NCBI GenBank assembly: GCA_963702425.1
Contig: CAVPCQ010000034.1
Coordinates: 1-58,661 of the forward strand
Direction of reading: 5' to 3'
DNA from: an uncultured Acidobacteriota bacterium
Lineage (GTDB): Bacteria > Acidobacteriota > Polarisedimenticolia > J045
Length of the DNA: 58,661 nt
Positions 40,497 to 51,947 of this stretch are shown one piece after another. How positions within the stretch are numbered: position 1 is the first letter of the stretch; every line of letters begins with the position of its first letter. Below the pieces are notes generated by a model that was not told the origin of the DNA, ran no database searches, and saw only the letters and a program-made list of their open reading frames with translations. A program made the translations under genes and the position numbers.

Positions 40497-42448
40497 CGGC
40501 CGATCCTCGTTGCAGCCAGCGCAAGTCCGGCCGCGAGCGCGATGAGCGCCGCGCCCAGGGCGACGTGCAGCGGTCCGTCGGTGCCGCCCATCGGCAGCGC
40601 GCCGTCGAAGAGCCTAGAACCGTGCGGGAGGGCGTTCGCGACGGCGATCGGTGTGGCCGGACCCTCCGCGGTCGGCGTGGCCTCGACGGCCACGAGGCTC
40701 GTGTACGGCGTGACGAGCCGGAACGGCAACGCGACGGCGAGAACGTCCGCGCGGACCGCGCCCGGATCGGCGTTCTCGAGCAGCCGGTCGAGGAGCGCGC
40801 CCACCTTGGCCCGTGCCCACCGAGTTGCGATGCCGGAGCCCGCCGGCGCGCTCGATCCGACGACGAGCTCGGTGCGGTAGCGGCCGCGCGCCGTGCCGCC
40901 CGAGAGCACGGCCGTGGTGCCCGGGTGCGAGTGACCGAGCCGCAGGGAGACGACCAGCGGGCTGCCCGCGTACAGGTCGGGGATGCGCTCCGGGAACACA
41001 TCGAGCGGCGGCGCGCCGTTCCAATCCAGGGTGACGCCGGTGAGTACGGGGCGCTCGAGCCGAGCGAGCAACGCGTCCACCCGCACCTCGACCTCCTCGG
41101 ACGAGGCGATGAACTCGCACGCGCCGCGGCCGTGGAGCGCGAGCTTCTTCATCAAGTGGCGGTTCGGTGCGCTGCCGATGCCAATGAGGTGCAGGCGCAC
41201 GTCGCCGAGCCGCGCGGCGACGGCGGCGAACACCTCGTCCTCGTTCTCCACCGCCCCGTCCGTGACCAGCACGATCCGGCGGGGCCGCGTGGAGTCGGCG
41301 CGCTGCGCGAGCTCGATGGCGTGGAGCAGGGCAGGCAAGATCTCCGTCCCGCCGTCGGCCTCGAGGCCGCGGACGAACGCGCGTCCTTCTTCGAGCGCGG
41401 CGCCGATCGCCGGCTGCTGCGTGTCGCGGAAGTCGTCGTACTGGTCGTCGAACTTCACCAGGTTGAAAGAGTCGAGCGGGTGCAGTCGGTCGAGCGCCGC
41501 GAGCAGGGCACGCCTTGCCTGGTCGATCGGCTGGCCGGCCATCGAGCCCGACACGTCTACGACGAAGACGGTGTCAGTCGGCAACGCGTCGTCGCCGTCG
41601 GCGGGAACGTGCGGCGGGTAGAGCGTGAGCAGCGCGTACTGGCCGTCCTCCCGTTCTTCGACGAACAGCGCCGCGCCCGGCTCGCCGCCGGACTGCGGGC
41701 GCCAGCGCAGCACGAGGTCGCGGTCGCAGGCGATCGGGTTGTCTGCCGGCTCGACGACCGTCGTGGTGCCCTCGGCCCGGACGGCGAGCTGGTGCGAGGG
41801 GGACTCGACCGACTCGATCGGGACGCCCAGGTCGATCTCAGCGCGCACGAAGGCGCGCGGCGCCGCGGCCTCCGCCGCAGCGAAGCTCGCCGGCGCGGAT
41901 TCCTGGGACGACTGCAGGGGGCAGTACCGCGGCGTCCAGGTCATCGGGAACGCGAACTCGAAGGCGCCGTCGACCTCGACGACCTCGTGCAGGAAGTGGA
42001 TCGAGACGCGGACGGTCTCGCCGGGGTTGACGTTGGCGACCGCGGTCGTGAAGAGATTCGGCCGGTTCTGCGCAACCAGGGCGGCCTTGCGCCCCTCGGT
42101 GCGGGCCGCTTCGTACTCCGCTGCGGCCTGCTCCTTCTCGCGCACGACGGCCGCGATGCGGCGCGCGCCGATCGACAGCTCCATGTCGTTGACCGCAGCG
42201 TGTTCGGGCAGCGGCAGAACGTAGGTCGCGTCGATCACGCGCCCCGTGTCGTTCGTGAACGCCTCCACGACCTCGCCGTGGAGCATCACGCCGGTGACCC
42301 AGAAGCGGACCTCGAGCTGCATCACGGGCAGATCGACCGCGCCATCCGGCGTGCGGGCGACCAGCGAGCCGACGCCGAATGCGGGCAGTCCCATCGACAG
42401 AGCGGCGACCAGCGCCGCCAACACCGTTCTTTGCCACCGGACGATCAT
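40493..42448 (-). CDS. VIT plus vWA sortase target protein with a C-terminal LPMGG-TM-basic sorting signal
   Basis: VIT domain (YVLPLPEHAAV...QNRPNLFTTAVAN), MIDAS DVSGSM, GGTEI, LVTDGAV, LVTPYTSLVAV; tail LPMGGTDG-hydrophobic-RIGR. Confidence 0.92.
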   Translation of the reverse strand: MIVRWQRTVLAALVAALSMGLPAFGVGSLVARTPDGAVDLPVMQLEVRFWVTGVMLHGEVVEAFTNDTGRVIDATYVLPLPEHAAVNDMELSIGARRIAAVVREKEQAAAEYEAARTEGRKAALVAQNRPNLFTTAVANVNPGETVRVSIHFLHEVVEVDGAFEFAFPMTWTPRYCPLQSSQESAPASFAAAEAAAPRAFVRAEIDLGVPIESVESPSHQLAVRAEGTTTVVEPADNPIACDRDLVLRWRPQSGGEPGAALFVEEREDGQYALLTLYPPHVPADGDDALPTDTVFVVDVSGSMAGQPIDQARRALLAALDRLHPLDSFNLVKFDDQYDDFRDTQQPAIGAALEEGRAFVRGLEADGGTEILPALLHAIELAQRADSTRPRRIVLVTDGAVENEDEVFAAVAARLGDVRLHLIGIGSAPNRHLMKKLALHGRGACEFIASSEEVEVRVDALLARLERPVLTGVTLDWNGAPPLDVFPERIPDLYAGSPLVVSLRLGHSHPGTTAVLSGGTARGRYRTELVVGSSAPAGSGIATRWARAKVGALLDRLLENADPGAVRADVLAVALPFRLVTPYTSLVAVEATPTAEGPATPIAVANALPHGSRLFDGALPMGGTDGPLHVALGAALIALAAGLALAATRIGR

Positions 42449-42476
42449 GACCGAGCCTCCTTCGCCGGGCTCGAAA

Positions 42477-42492
42477 TGCACGTTCGGTGCCA
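42477..42492 (-). promoter_or_regulatory. sigma54 (-24/-12) promoter of the VIT-vWA/sortase operon
   Basis: Minus strand TGGCAC-CGAAC-GTGCA with exact GG-N10-GC spacing; predicted start just before the AAGGAGG RBS. Confidence 0.7.
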
Positions 42493-42545
42493 GTCCGGTC
42501 TCACCGGTCTGCCGGGTCGGATCGTGTCCGCCGCCACACGGACCG

Positions 42546-42561
42546 TGTGTGCCCGGACACA
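42546..42561. promoter_or_regulatory. Candidate enhancer-binding-protein site TGT-N10-ACA
   Basis: TGTGTGCCCGGACACA, an imperfect palindrome 55-70 bp upstream of the -24 box. Confidence 0.4.
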
Positions 42562-42712
42562 AACATGGGGTGTGAACTCCGTCGGGGCGGGTGCAAACCC
42601 GCCCGTGCCATTGGTTGCCAGGATTGCCCCGGGTACCAGGCGCACAGGCGGGCTCGCGCCCGACCCCACAGAAGACCGATGAGCGGCACGCTGCGTGCTA
42701 CTCTCCGCCCCG

Positions 42713-44379
42713 ATGACGCTGCGCAACCGGCTCGTGCTCGCCCTGATGCTGGCCGCGGTGCTGCCGATGGCGGTGCTGGTCGGCGTGCCGCTGGTTCGCG
42801 CGGAGCGCCGCGTCCGCGCGGAGGCCGAGAGCCGCCTCGATCTCGCGCGGCGCCAGGCCGCGTTCCTCGTCGATCGCGAGCGGCGGGCGGTCGTCGAGCG
42901 CCTGGTCCGCGCCGCGTGGGAGCTGAGCCGAGACGAGCGGGCGGTCTCACCCCTGCTCGTCGGCCCGGAGGACGCGGCCCACGCGGTCGTGCGCGCCAGT
43001 GCAGATCGCGGCAGGTTCGACGTGCTCGAGATCCTGCGCGAGGACGGTACCGTCCTCGCCGCCTCGCACCCCGAGCCGGGAGGGGTACGCCGCAGCGCGT
43101 ACGCTGAACTGCCCGACGAAACGGTGGCCGTCGTCCGGCTGCCCGCGGCCGGCGACGACGACCAGGTGCGCGTCGCGCTCGGCGGCCGGCATCGGCTCGT
43201 GGTCGGGAGCGAGACTCTTCTTCTGGTCGCCGCGGTGGCCCTTGGGGACGAGTTGGTGCGCGACGTGGCGGCCATCACCGGCCAGCCCGCGGCGCTCGTC
43301 GACGGCGAGGGGCGGCCGCATGCCGTCGCGGGAAACGGGGACGTGCTCGCGGCGCGCATCACCGGAAGCGTGCCGCTGGGCAACGACGGCTGGCGGATCG
43401 AGGTCGCGGCGCCCGCGGGCGACGTCGCGCGCCTGCGCCGGGAGCTGCTCGGCGCGTTCGCGGGCATCGCTCCGTTCGCCCTGCTCTCCGCGCTGGTGGT
43501 CGGAGTGTTCGTCGCAGCGAGGATCGCGCAGCCGATCACCACGCTCGCCGAGCGCGCAGACGACATCTCGATCCGCCACGAGGCGTTCGCCCGGTTCGAC
43601 CGGGCGAGCGACGAAGTCGAGCGGCTCCGGCTGTCGTTCGACCGGATGCTCGAATCCCTAGCCCGCAGCGAAGACCGGCGCGTCGCGGCGGAACGGATCG
43701 CTGCCTGGCAGGAGGTCGCGCGGCGGATCGCGCACGAAGTGAAGAACCCGCTCTCGCCGATCAAGCTCGCGGCCCTCAACATCCGCCGCACGCGCGAGAA
43801 GGCCCCGCACGAGCTCGACCGCGCGATCGAAGAGGAGACGGCGACAATCCTCGAAGAGGTCGAGAGCCTGCGCGGGCTCGTCGACGAGTTCTCGCAGTTC
43901 GCGCGGCTGCCCGCGGCGCAGCCGGTGCCGTGCGACCCGCGCGACATCGTGCGGGGCGCCGTCGGCCTGTTCCGCGCGCGGATCGCCGCGCTGGGCGTGC
44001 GGGCCTCGGTGGATCTCGAGCAGGCGCCAGAGCGGATCGTCGCTGACCCGGAACAGCTCGGCCGCGTGCTGAAGAATGTCGTCGCCAACGCGCTCGACGC
44101 GCTCGAGCCGGTCGCGGACCGCACGCTGCGCGTGAGCGTAGCGAGGGCGGACGGCGGCTGCGTCATCACGGTGCGCGACAGCGGCGTCGGTCTCGGCCCC
44201 GAGGCGCTGCGCCGGATCTTCGAGCCGTACTACACCACGCGCGGCGAGCGCGGAGGCAGCGGCCTCGGCATGGCCATCGCGTACCGCATCGTGGCCGAGC
44301 ACGGCGGCACGATCGAGGCGCAGGGGACGCCGGGCGCCGGCGCCACGATCACGATCCGACTGCCAGCGGGAGTTCCCTG

Positions 44380-44380
<1 letters not shown>
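42713..44380 (+). CDS. NtrY-like HAMP sensor histidine kinase
   Basis: Two TM segments, HAMP, AWQEVARRIAHEVKNPLSPI H-box, NVVANALDA, VRDSGVG, FEPYYTT, GSGLGMAI. Confidence 0.93.
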
Positions 44381-45732
<1,352 letters not shown>

Positions 45733-45866
45733 CGCCGTACCTCCAGCGTGACCGCCGGCGGCACGTCTGTACGGACGGACAGAAGGCCCGCCCCACGGCG
45801 GCCCGACCGCAGGCATCCACCCCGCGTTCGTTGCCGCGGAACCCCTGTCCCTCGCCACAACCCCTG

Positions 45867-47872
45867 GTAGGGTCGAGGACTGGCGCGGTACCCCTTGGAC
45901 GCGGCCTATCCGTTGCTCCCCGTTTCCTCTGGGAGTGCCTCACTAGCCAGATCGTGGGCCCGTTTCCAGCCCCCGCCACATCGCACGCAGCAAGCGGATT
46001 TCCCGCACTACGCGCTCCTGCACACTTCGCATCAAGGGTTATGAAACCGTTCGGCCGGAGCGACTTTCGGTGATGAGGACACGAGGTATCGGATCCGGTA
46101 ATCGCCGAATAGTCCGAGAGTCTCGTACAGCCATCGCCTACTCCACCGCTTCCAGCCGAAGCCGGGGCGCAATCGGGCCCGCGCCAGGTGACGCCTGATC
46201 TTCTCTTCTACCCAGTTTCGGATGAACGCCAGACACCGGCTCGAGTGCCCGTGCGCGAAGTAAGTCACCCAACCGCGCAGGATGGGATTGATCTTCTCGA
46301 CCAACCTCCTGGTCGGTTGGGAACGAAGGCGGCGAAACCACGTCTTGACCTCGCGTAGCAACGCCGTCCGGTTCTTCAGCTGCGGCGTGCGCAGCGGCAT
46401 CCACCGCCCTGCACGACTCCGCACTCGGCGAAACTCAAAGCCGAGGAATCCGAAGCTCTCCCCTCGCGTCAGGTCCACGTTCCGGCTCTTCTCCTCGTTC
46501 ACCTCCACCCGCAGCTTGGCCAGCTCCTCCCGAAGCCGTTTCTCCACCGCTCGACGAAGCCACGCATGACGCGGATGAGAGTCCACCAACAGCACCAGGT
46601 CGTCGGCAAACCGAGCGTACTCGATCGCCGTGAATCGACCGTAGCGCGTGACCTCTTTCGCCCGCTCCAGCATCCTGTCCACCTCGTTGAGGTACAGATT
46701 GCTCAGCAAGGCTGAGATCACACCGCCTTGAGGAACTCCCACCTTCCCGGAAGCCTTCAGGATCATTCGCAGCAAGTGCATCACGTCCTCGTCATCGACT
46801 CGCTTGGCTACCTTCCCCAACACGATGGCGTGTGCCACCGTGTCGAAGTAGGAACGCAGGTCGAGATCGATGACATACGTCTTACCTTGAATGATCGCAT
46901 CCGAGACCCGTTGCACCGCGTCCTGCGGTCTTCGCCTGGGTCGGTAGCCACATGACCCCGACTGAAAGCCCGCCTCGAAGATCGGTTCCAGGATGAGCTT
47001 GAGCGCTCCCTGGACCACCCGGTCCCGGATGGTTGGGATCGACAGGACGCGGAACTTGCCGCCCGCCTTGGGAATCTCAACCTTCCGGACCCGTAGGGGA
47101 CGATGGATGCGTTCGCTCAGTTCCCTCCTGAGCTGCTCCACGAAGCGATCCACGCCCTGCGCCTCGATCGCTTCGAACGTGACCCCATCAATCCCCGGGG
47201 CCCCGTTGTTCTTCTTGGCGAGTCGATACGCCTCTCGTAGCGTCTCCGTCTTGCACACGTGCACATACAGTCCCCAAAAGCGCCAAGACGGCTCGGCCTT
47301 CGCCTTGACGTATATCCTTCGTCTCAGGTCTTGCAGATCGACGGGTGCTTTTGTCATTTCACCCCTGCCTTCCATGTTGACGAAGGATTCGTGTGCAGCA
47401 GGGCCCCTTCGCTCCACGGGCGTTACCCCGCTTCTTCGCTACTTCGGACCCGGCCGCCACCGTCTCGTCTTCGGTCGATTTCCCGGGGTCTCCGGTCATT
47501 CGACCTACCTTGCTCCGTCGATTTCTCGACGGGACGAGGACGGCTTCTCCAGTTGCTCGGCATGTCCTTGTCACCGTGCTGCCCCTACCACCCCGCCGGA
47601 GTGACCCGCCGCGTCGGTCAGATTGCGACGGACCATGCTGCCTTCGCCCCGAGGCAGAGAGCTCGGCCTCCGGAATCATCATTTGTCGAGGCCACCTCTG
47701 GGTTCACTCGCGTTGCGGCCCGGTGACTCGCTCACCATCCCGAAGATGGCTTTGTCAGTCGGCTTCACCAGATTCGTTTCCTCCACTGATGCGACCCGAG
47801 CTACGGGGCTTCTGACTTTTGCCCCCGGTGGGACTCACTCCCACTGAACATGCCAGCCTTCGCTGGACGCAC
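45867..47872 (-). mobile_element. Complete group II intron (ribozyme plus intron-encoded RT/maturase)
   Basis: 5' end GTGCGTCCAGC at 47872; domain V-like GAGCGCGTAGTGCGGGAAATCCGCTTGCTGCGTGCG; domain VI ending CCTCGACCCTAC at 45867. Confidence 0.9.
46032..47357 (-). CDS. ltrA: Group II intron reverse transcriptase/maturase without an endonuclease domain
   Basis: APGIDG, LSIPTIRDRVVQ, GVPQGGVIS, YARFADD, FGFLGF, X-domain INPILRGWVTYF; no C-terminal HNH. Confidence 0.95.
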   Translation of the reverse strand: MTKAPVDLQDLRRRIYVKAKAEPSWRFWGLYVHVCKTETLREAYRLAKKNNGAPGIDGVTFEAIEAQGVDRFVEQLRRELSERIHRPLRVRKVEIPKAGGKFRVLSIPTIRDRVVQGALKLILEPIFEAGFQSGSCGYRPRRRPQDAVQRVSDAIIQGKTYVIDLDLRSYFDTVAHAIVLGKVAKRVDDEDVMHLLRMILKASGKVGVPQGGVISALLSNLYLNEVDRMLERAKEVTRYGRFTAIEYARFADDLVLLVDSHPRHAWLRRAVEKRLREELAKLRVEVNEEKSRNVDLTRGESFGFLGFEFRRVRSRAGRWMPLRTPQLKNRTALLREVKTWFRRLRSQPTRRLVEKINPILRGWVTYFAHGHSSRCLAFIRNWVEEKIRRHLARARLRPGFGWKRWSRRWLYETLGLFGDYRIRYLVSSSPKVAPAERFHNP

Positions 47873-47873
47873 T

Positions 47874-48139
47874 GCCTCGCCATGACCCCGTCCGCCTTGC
47901 CCCTCAACGGGTTGCGTTCCGATGCAGGAGATCCGAATCGCCCGCGGAAGAGCCCGGTCGCCCTCAGTCCGTACCGCCGTCATCGTGCGTGGATGCTCAA
48001 CCGCGCCCTTGCCGTCGCCCGAACTCTCCTCGCGATCTTCGCCAACCGGGCCGACCTGATCCTGGAGAACCTCGCGCTCCGACAGCAACTCGCTGTCCTC
48101 CGACGGAAGCACCCTCGACCTCGTCTCCGCGCGGCCTGA
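47874..48139 (+). mobile_element. 5' scar of an integrase-core (rve) transposase element, copy 2
   Basis: MLNRALAVARTLLAIFANRADLILENLALRQQLAVLRRKHPRPRL, then a stop; abuts the intron 5' end. Confidence 0.75.
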
Positions 48140-48519
48140 CGATTCCGCTCGACCAGTCCAGCGCCGCGGCCTCCTTCTGGAGCGCGTGTGCCGTTGCGGG
48201 AGGCAGACCGCCGACAGCTCTGTCAACCGGCGGGCATGGCCGTCGCCGACACACGCCGGGGTGCGTTCGGCCCGCGTGTTTGCCTGCCATTCCAAGCCGC
48301 GGGAGCCATCAGCAGCGCGCGGACTCGATATTGGCGAAGGACAACACCCGAAGCCGGCGATGCGATGCGCGCATCTCGCCCCGGATCACTTGCGGGGTGC
48401 CGCGGCGGCGTTAGATGCTGTGCCTGGCACGGCAACCGCCAGCGGGACTGACACCCCCGTTGAGACCCGGCACGCGGTCGCGCACGCTGCGCGTTCTAAG
48501 TCGTTTTCGCGCTGATACT

Positions 48520-48559
48520 TGGGGAGTCGTCCAACGGCAGGACAGCGGACTTTGGATCC
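48520..48559 (+). tRNA. 5' half of tRNA-Gln(UUG), broken in the anticodon stem (probable attachment junction)
   Basis: TGGGGAGTCGTCCAACGGCAGGACAGCGGA-CTTTGGA-TCC, closely similar to the 5' half of the tRNA-Gln(CUG) at 16390; no T-arm or acceptor 3' strand follows. Confidence 0.85.
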
Positions 48560-48572
48560 ATTAAGCATGTCG

Positions 48573-48610
48573 GCGGTAACTTGGCTCCCATCAGCAAGTT
48601 GCCGCTTTTT
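48573..48610 (+). terminator. Intrinsic terminator directly after the tRNA half
   Basis: GCGGTAACTTG...CAAGTTGCCGC-TTTTT. Confidence 0.75.
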
Positions 48611-48622
48611 CTATCAGATAGC

Positions 48623-48694
48623 AGTGTCACCTAGTGTCACCCAGTGTCACCAAACGCACCGCGATTCTGGAAATTGCGCCACGATGTGCCACGA
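48623..48694. repeat. Phased direct repeats, candidate integrase arm or Xis binding sites
   Basis: AGTGTCACC x3 (48623, 48633, 48643) and GCCACGA x2 (48678, 48688), all with 10-bp periodicity. Confidence 0.7.
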
Positions 48695-48738
48695 CTTCGC
48701 GCCGGTCAGGGTGGAGTTAACCCGGATATGCAGGGTAG

Positions 48739-48774
48739 AAAAAGGCTGGCCCGCCGGTTAGAGGCCGGCGGGCC
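48739..48774 (-). terminator. GC hairpin, possible minus-strand terminator
   Basis: GGCCCGCCGG-ttagagg-CCGGCGGGCC followed on the minus strand by AGCCTTTTT. Confidence 0.5.
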
Positions 48775-48887
48775 GTGACAGCGCGATCGGCCCCAGGACG
48801 AGTGGAAGCCGTTGACACAGTACCATGATCGGGTGTAGAAGTCACAGTGCGATCGAGAGCCGATTAGAGGTCGGCAGAAAGGACGAG

Positions 48888-49502
48888 ATGAACGAAGCCG
48901 AAACCAACCAGACCAAAGCCGAGCAGTTCTGCCGGCAGTTCATGGCCGAGATCCGCGCCATGACACCGCCGGGCGGTCAAGAGCACGCGCTGATGACCGC
49001 CTCGCGGGTGAAGCACAGCGCCGCCGCAGGGCATCGGCAGCACGGCGTCGTCGCGCTCCTGCGCCGCGCGGCCGTCCGCCGGACCGCTCCCCGCCGGCTC
49101 GGCACCCGAAGGCACCGCCGCGCTGCTAGGGGCGCCCGCGCCGCACCGGCGGACGATTCTGGTCCCGAACCACCCCCACCCCCGAAAAGTGATCTGATCG
49201 CCGCCTGCGCCGCCCTGGCGCTGCTGGCCGTCGCACTCGCTGCCGGATTCTTCGCCGGCGCTGGCGCCGCCCTGGCTCTGCCCGTGTTCGGCGCCGTCGC
49301 GCTGCTGACGCCCGGTGATCTGGCCGAACGGCTTCGCTGCTCGGTCTCCCAAGTCAGGAAACTCTCCCGGCTGGGCAAGATCGAGACCGTCTACGTCGGC
49401 CGGCTCCCGAGGTACACAGAGGCCGCGGTCGACGACTACGTCCAGCGCAGCACGACGCGCATCTCGACGCTGGCCGTCGCGCGGCGCCGAGGTGGCCGGT
49501 GA
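48888..49502 (+). CDS. Protein with a C-terminal excisionase/HTH_17 DNA-binding domain
   Basis: LLTPGDLAERLRCSVSQVRKLSRLGKIETVYVGRLPRYTEAAVDDYV; start codon uncertain. Confidence 0.7.
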   Translation: MNEAETNQTKAEQFCRQFMAEIRAMTPPGGQEHALMTASRVKHSAAAGHRQHGVVALLRRAAVRRTAPRRLGTRRHRRAARGARAAPADDSGPEPPPPPKSDLIAACAALALLAVALAAGFFAGAGAALALPVFGAVALLTPGDLAERLRCSVSQVRKLSRLGKIETVYVGRLPRYTEAAVDDYVQRSTTRISTLAVARRRGGR

Positions 49503-50434
49503 GCGCCCGCCGGAAGGCCGCAACGTTCCGGTTCGAGGTCCCCCCATCGCAAGCGCACGACCCGGCAGCCGTCGCCCTGGCCGATACCGCCAACGACTAC
49601 ATCGACAAGATCCGGTGCGCGTGGTCCAAGAGTACGGAAGCGATCATCGAGACCGGCCGCCTGCTCAACGAGGCGAAGGCGAACCTGAAGTACGGGACCT
49701 TCCTCGGGATGGTCGCGATGAGCCTGCCGTTCTCCCGGTCGTGGGCCTTCAAGCTGATGAAGATCGCCAGCGACCCCCGGCTCGCAGATGTTGCGCATGC
49801 GCAACATTTGCCCGCGAAGGCCGAGACGCTGTACGAGCTGACGAAGCTCGACGATCGGGAATGGAAGGCCGCCGAGAAGAGCGGCCTACTCCGCCAGGAT
49901 GTCGAGCGGCGGGAGATCGTCGCGATCCGAAAGCCGAAGGTCCGGCCGGCGCACGTTCCACCGACGCCAACGGCCGCCCGCGTCGTCGTGGACGCCGAAC
50001 CTGTCGATCACGAAGACGAGGCGCTCCCGGACGGTGCACAGCGCGATCATGAACAACACGAAGTCGAGCTCCCGAAGTTCAGGAAGCTCCCCGGGAAGCC
50101 CCTGCTTGAGCGCCTGACCCGAATGAAGGACACGCTTGCGTCCTACGTCTACGCTCTCGAATCCCTGGACTTCGATGACGTCCCACCGAGCGAAACCATC
50201 TCCGCTCTCGGCCGCGAGCTATCGAGCAGCGGCGCAGCGATCCAGCGTTTCGCCAACGGCCTACCGAAACCGAAAGGTGCCGGGCTGGCTGACCCCAGCA
50301 TCTTCCTGCGGATCGCCACCTCGACCTTGTTCGATGGTCTGGAGCGATGCACTCCAAAGCAGCGACGGGAGGTCTTAGCGGCCCTCACGCAGTGGGTCGC
50401 AGATCTCAGCGCTCGTAACTGGGACGACGCATGA
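49499..50434 (+). CDS. DUF3102-domain phage protein
   Basis: AIIETGRLLNEAKANLKYGTFLGMVAMSLPFSRSWAFKLMKIA...TLYEL. Confidence 0.75.
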   Translation: MSARRKAATFRFEVPPSQAHDPAAVALADTANDYIDKIRCAWSKSTEAIIETGRLLNEAKANLKYGTFLGMVAMSLPFSRSWAFKLMKIASDPRLADVAHAQHLPAKAETLYELTKLDDREWKAAEKSGLLRQDVERREIVAIRKPKVRPAHVPPTPTAARVVVDAEPVDHEDEALPDGAQRDHEQHEVELPKFRKLPGKPLLERLTRMKDTLASYVYALESLDFDDVPPSETISALGRELSSSGAAIQRFANGLPKPKGAGLADPSIFLRIATSTLFDGLERCTPKQRREVLAALTQWVADLSARNWDDA

Positions 50435-51335
50435 CCGCCGCCGTGCTCGACCGCCCCGTCTGGCGGATGGCCGACGAGCCCCCGGCCGCCCGAGCCCGGG
50501 ACGGGGGGTGCGCCGTGATCCCCCGCACCCTGTTCCCGTCCGAGCTGGCGACGGACCCCGGATCAAGAAGCTCTCCCGGCTGCTGGGCGTGCCACGGGCC
50601 GCGGCGGTCGGTCACCTGCTGATGCTCCTCTGGGCCGAGGCCAGCCTGCACCACGACGGCAGCAACGCGCTGTTCGTCGATCCCGAGGACCTGGCCGAGG
50701 CGGCCCTGTACCAGGGCAACGGGGCCGACCTGGCCGGCGCCCTGATCGAGGCCCTGCTCGCGACGAAGGTCGACGGCGGCGGGCTGCGGCTGGCGCTCTA
50801 CGAAGACTGCAACGGTCCTTATCGCCGGGAGCGGGACGCCAAGATCGCCAACGCGAAGCGCTACCGGGACGACCAAAGCCGCCAAGGCCGAGGAGCAAGA
50901 CAAGGCCGAGCCGAACAGTAAGACGAATACATTCGCGAATGCAGTCGCGAATACCAGTACTAGTCTTTCTTGTCTTTCTGTTCTTCCTGTGAAGAAAAGC
51001 ACGCGCACGCGCGAGCGCGACCGCTTCCCGCCGGGGGCGGGGCGGTCGCTCGCAGTTACCCGGAGTGGGAGCCGCCCGACGACGGGCTAGACCGCCGGTC
51101 TGAAGCAATCGCCCGGTCCGCTCGGTGAGGCCAAGGGCGAGAGCCCGCCTGAGAGGGTCCAGGCGCCAGCGGTCGACCTGCGCGGCCCGATCGCCAAGCA
51201 GCGGGACACCTTCCGCAAGCTGGCCGACCAGGCGATCGAGGCTGGCGATCCGGTCAAGGCCGACCGCTACAACGGCTTCGCGGCTGAGGCGCAGGCGAAG
51301 CTCGACGCGCTGCCTGCGCTTGAGGCGGTCCAGTG
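50431..51335 (+). CDS. Putative phage replication initiator (replisome-organiser-like), frameshifted in this sequence
   Basis: LATDPRIKKLSRLLGVPRAAAVGHLLMLLW N-terminal pattern, ERDAKIANAKRYR, low-complexity AT-rich linker at 50940-51000; boundaries approximate. Confidence 0.5.
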
Positions 51336-51611
51336 AGCGCGGAGACCCGTCCGGTGACGCGGCTGGAGTGCGAGGCGGCCCGTGCGTTGCTTCGGCGTGC
51401 CCGCAAGGCCGACGCTGCCGGCGAGTTCATGAAGGCCGCCAAGCTGCGCCTCAAGGCCGCCCAGATCCTTGCAGGCACCGCGAGGCCGAGCGCATGACTT
51501 ACATACACGACATTCGTCAGTCAGTTAGCCTGGTTTTTTCCGTAACTGTCCGCGAGCAACGGCGCTCGACCCATTTGCGCACGCGGGTCGTCCCGGTCCA
51601 AGGGAGGCTGA

Positions 51612-51946
51612 ATGGTCAGTAAGCCGAAGGCGCCGGCTGGCCTAGGGGCTGCTGGGCGGCGGTTCTGGTCTGCGGTGGTCGAGGAGTACGAGCTGGGCCC
51701 GGCGCAGTTGGAGGTCTTGCGGGTGACGTGCGAGTGCCGGGACCGGCTAGAGGAGGCGCGGGCGGAGATCAAGTCGGCCGGGGCGTACCTGGCGCTGAAG
51801 TCGGGGGGGCTCCGGCCGCACCCGGCGCTAGCGGTGGAGCGGGACTGTCGATCGGGTTCCTACGCGGTCAGCGGGAGTTGGGGGTGACGGCTGTCGACCC
51901 TGACGAGTCGCGGCCGCTGACGGCGCTGCCGGGCCGGCGGATCTGA
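51612..51946 (+). CDS. terS: Terminase small subunit, P27 family (frameshift near 51850)
   Basis: PKAPAGLGAAGRRFWSAVV...LEVLRVTCECRDRLEEARAEI...GGLRPHPALAVERD...RELGV; GGGAGG RBS. Confidence 0.85.
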
Positions 51947-51947
51947 C

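Noticed and set aside
42590-42625. Second sigma54-like TGGCAC...TTGCA motif
   Set aside because: GG-to-GC spacing is 13 nt rather than the required 10.
46032-47357. RT as part of a retron, DGR or CRISPR-RT system
   Set aside because: It has group II intron RT0 and X domains and lies within clear GTGCG...domain V/VI-AC boundaries; no TR/VR pair or cas1 is present.
48623-48694. Short repeats here and at 57395-57627 as a CRISPR array
   Set aside because: The units are 7-10 bp with no unique spacers, and no cas genes are present.
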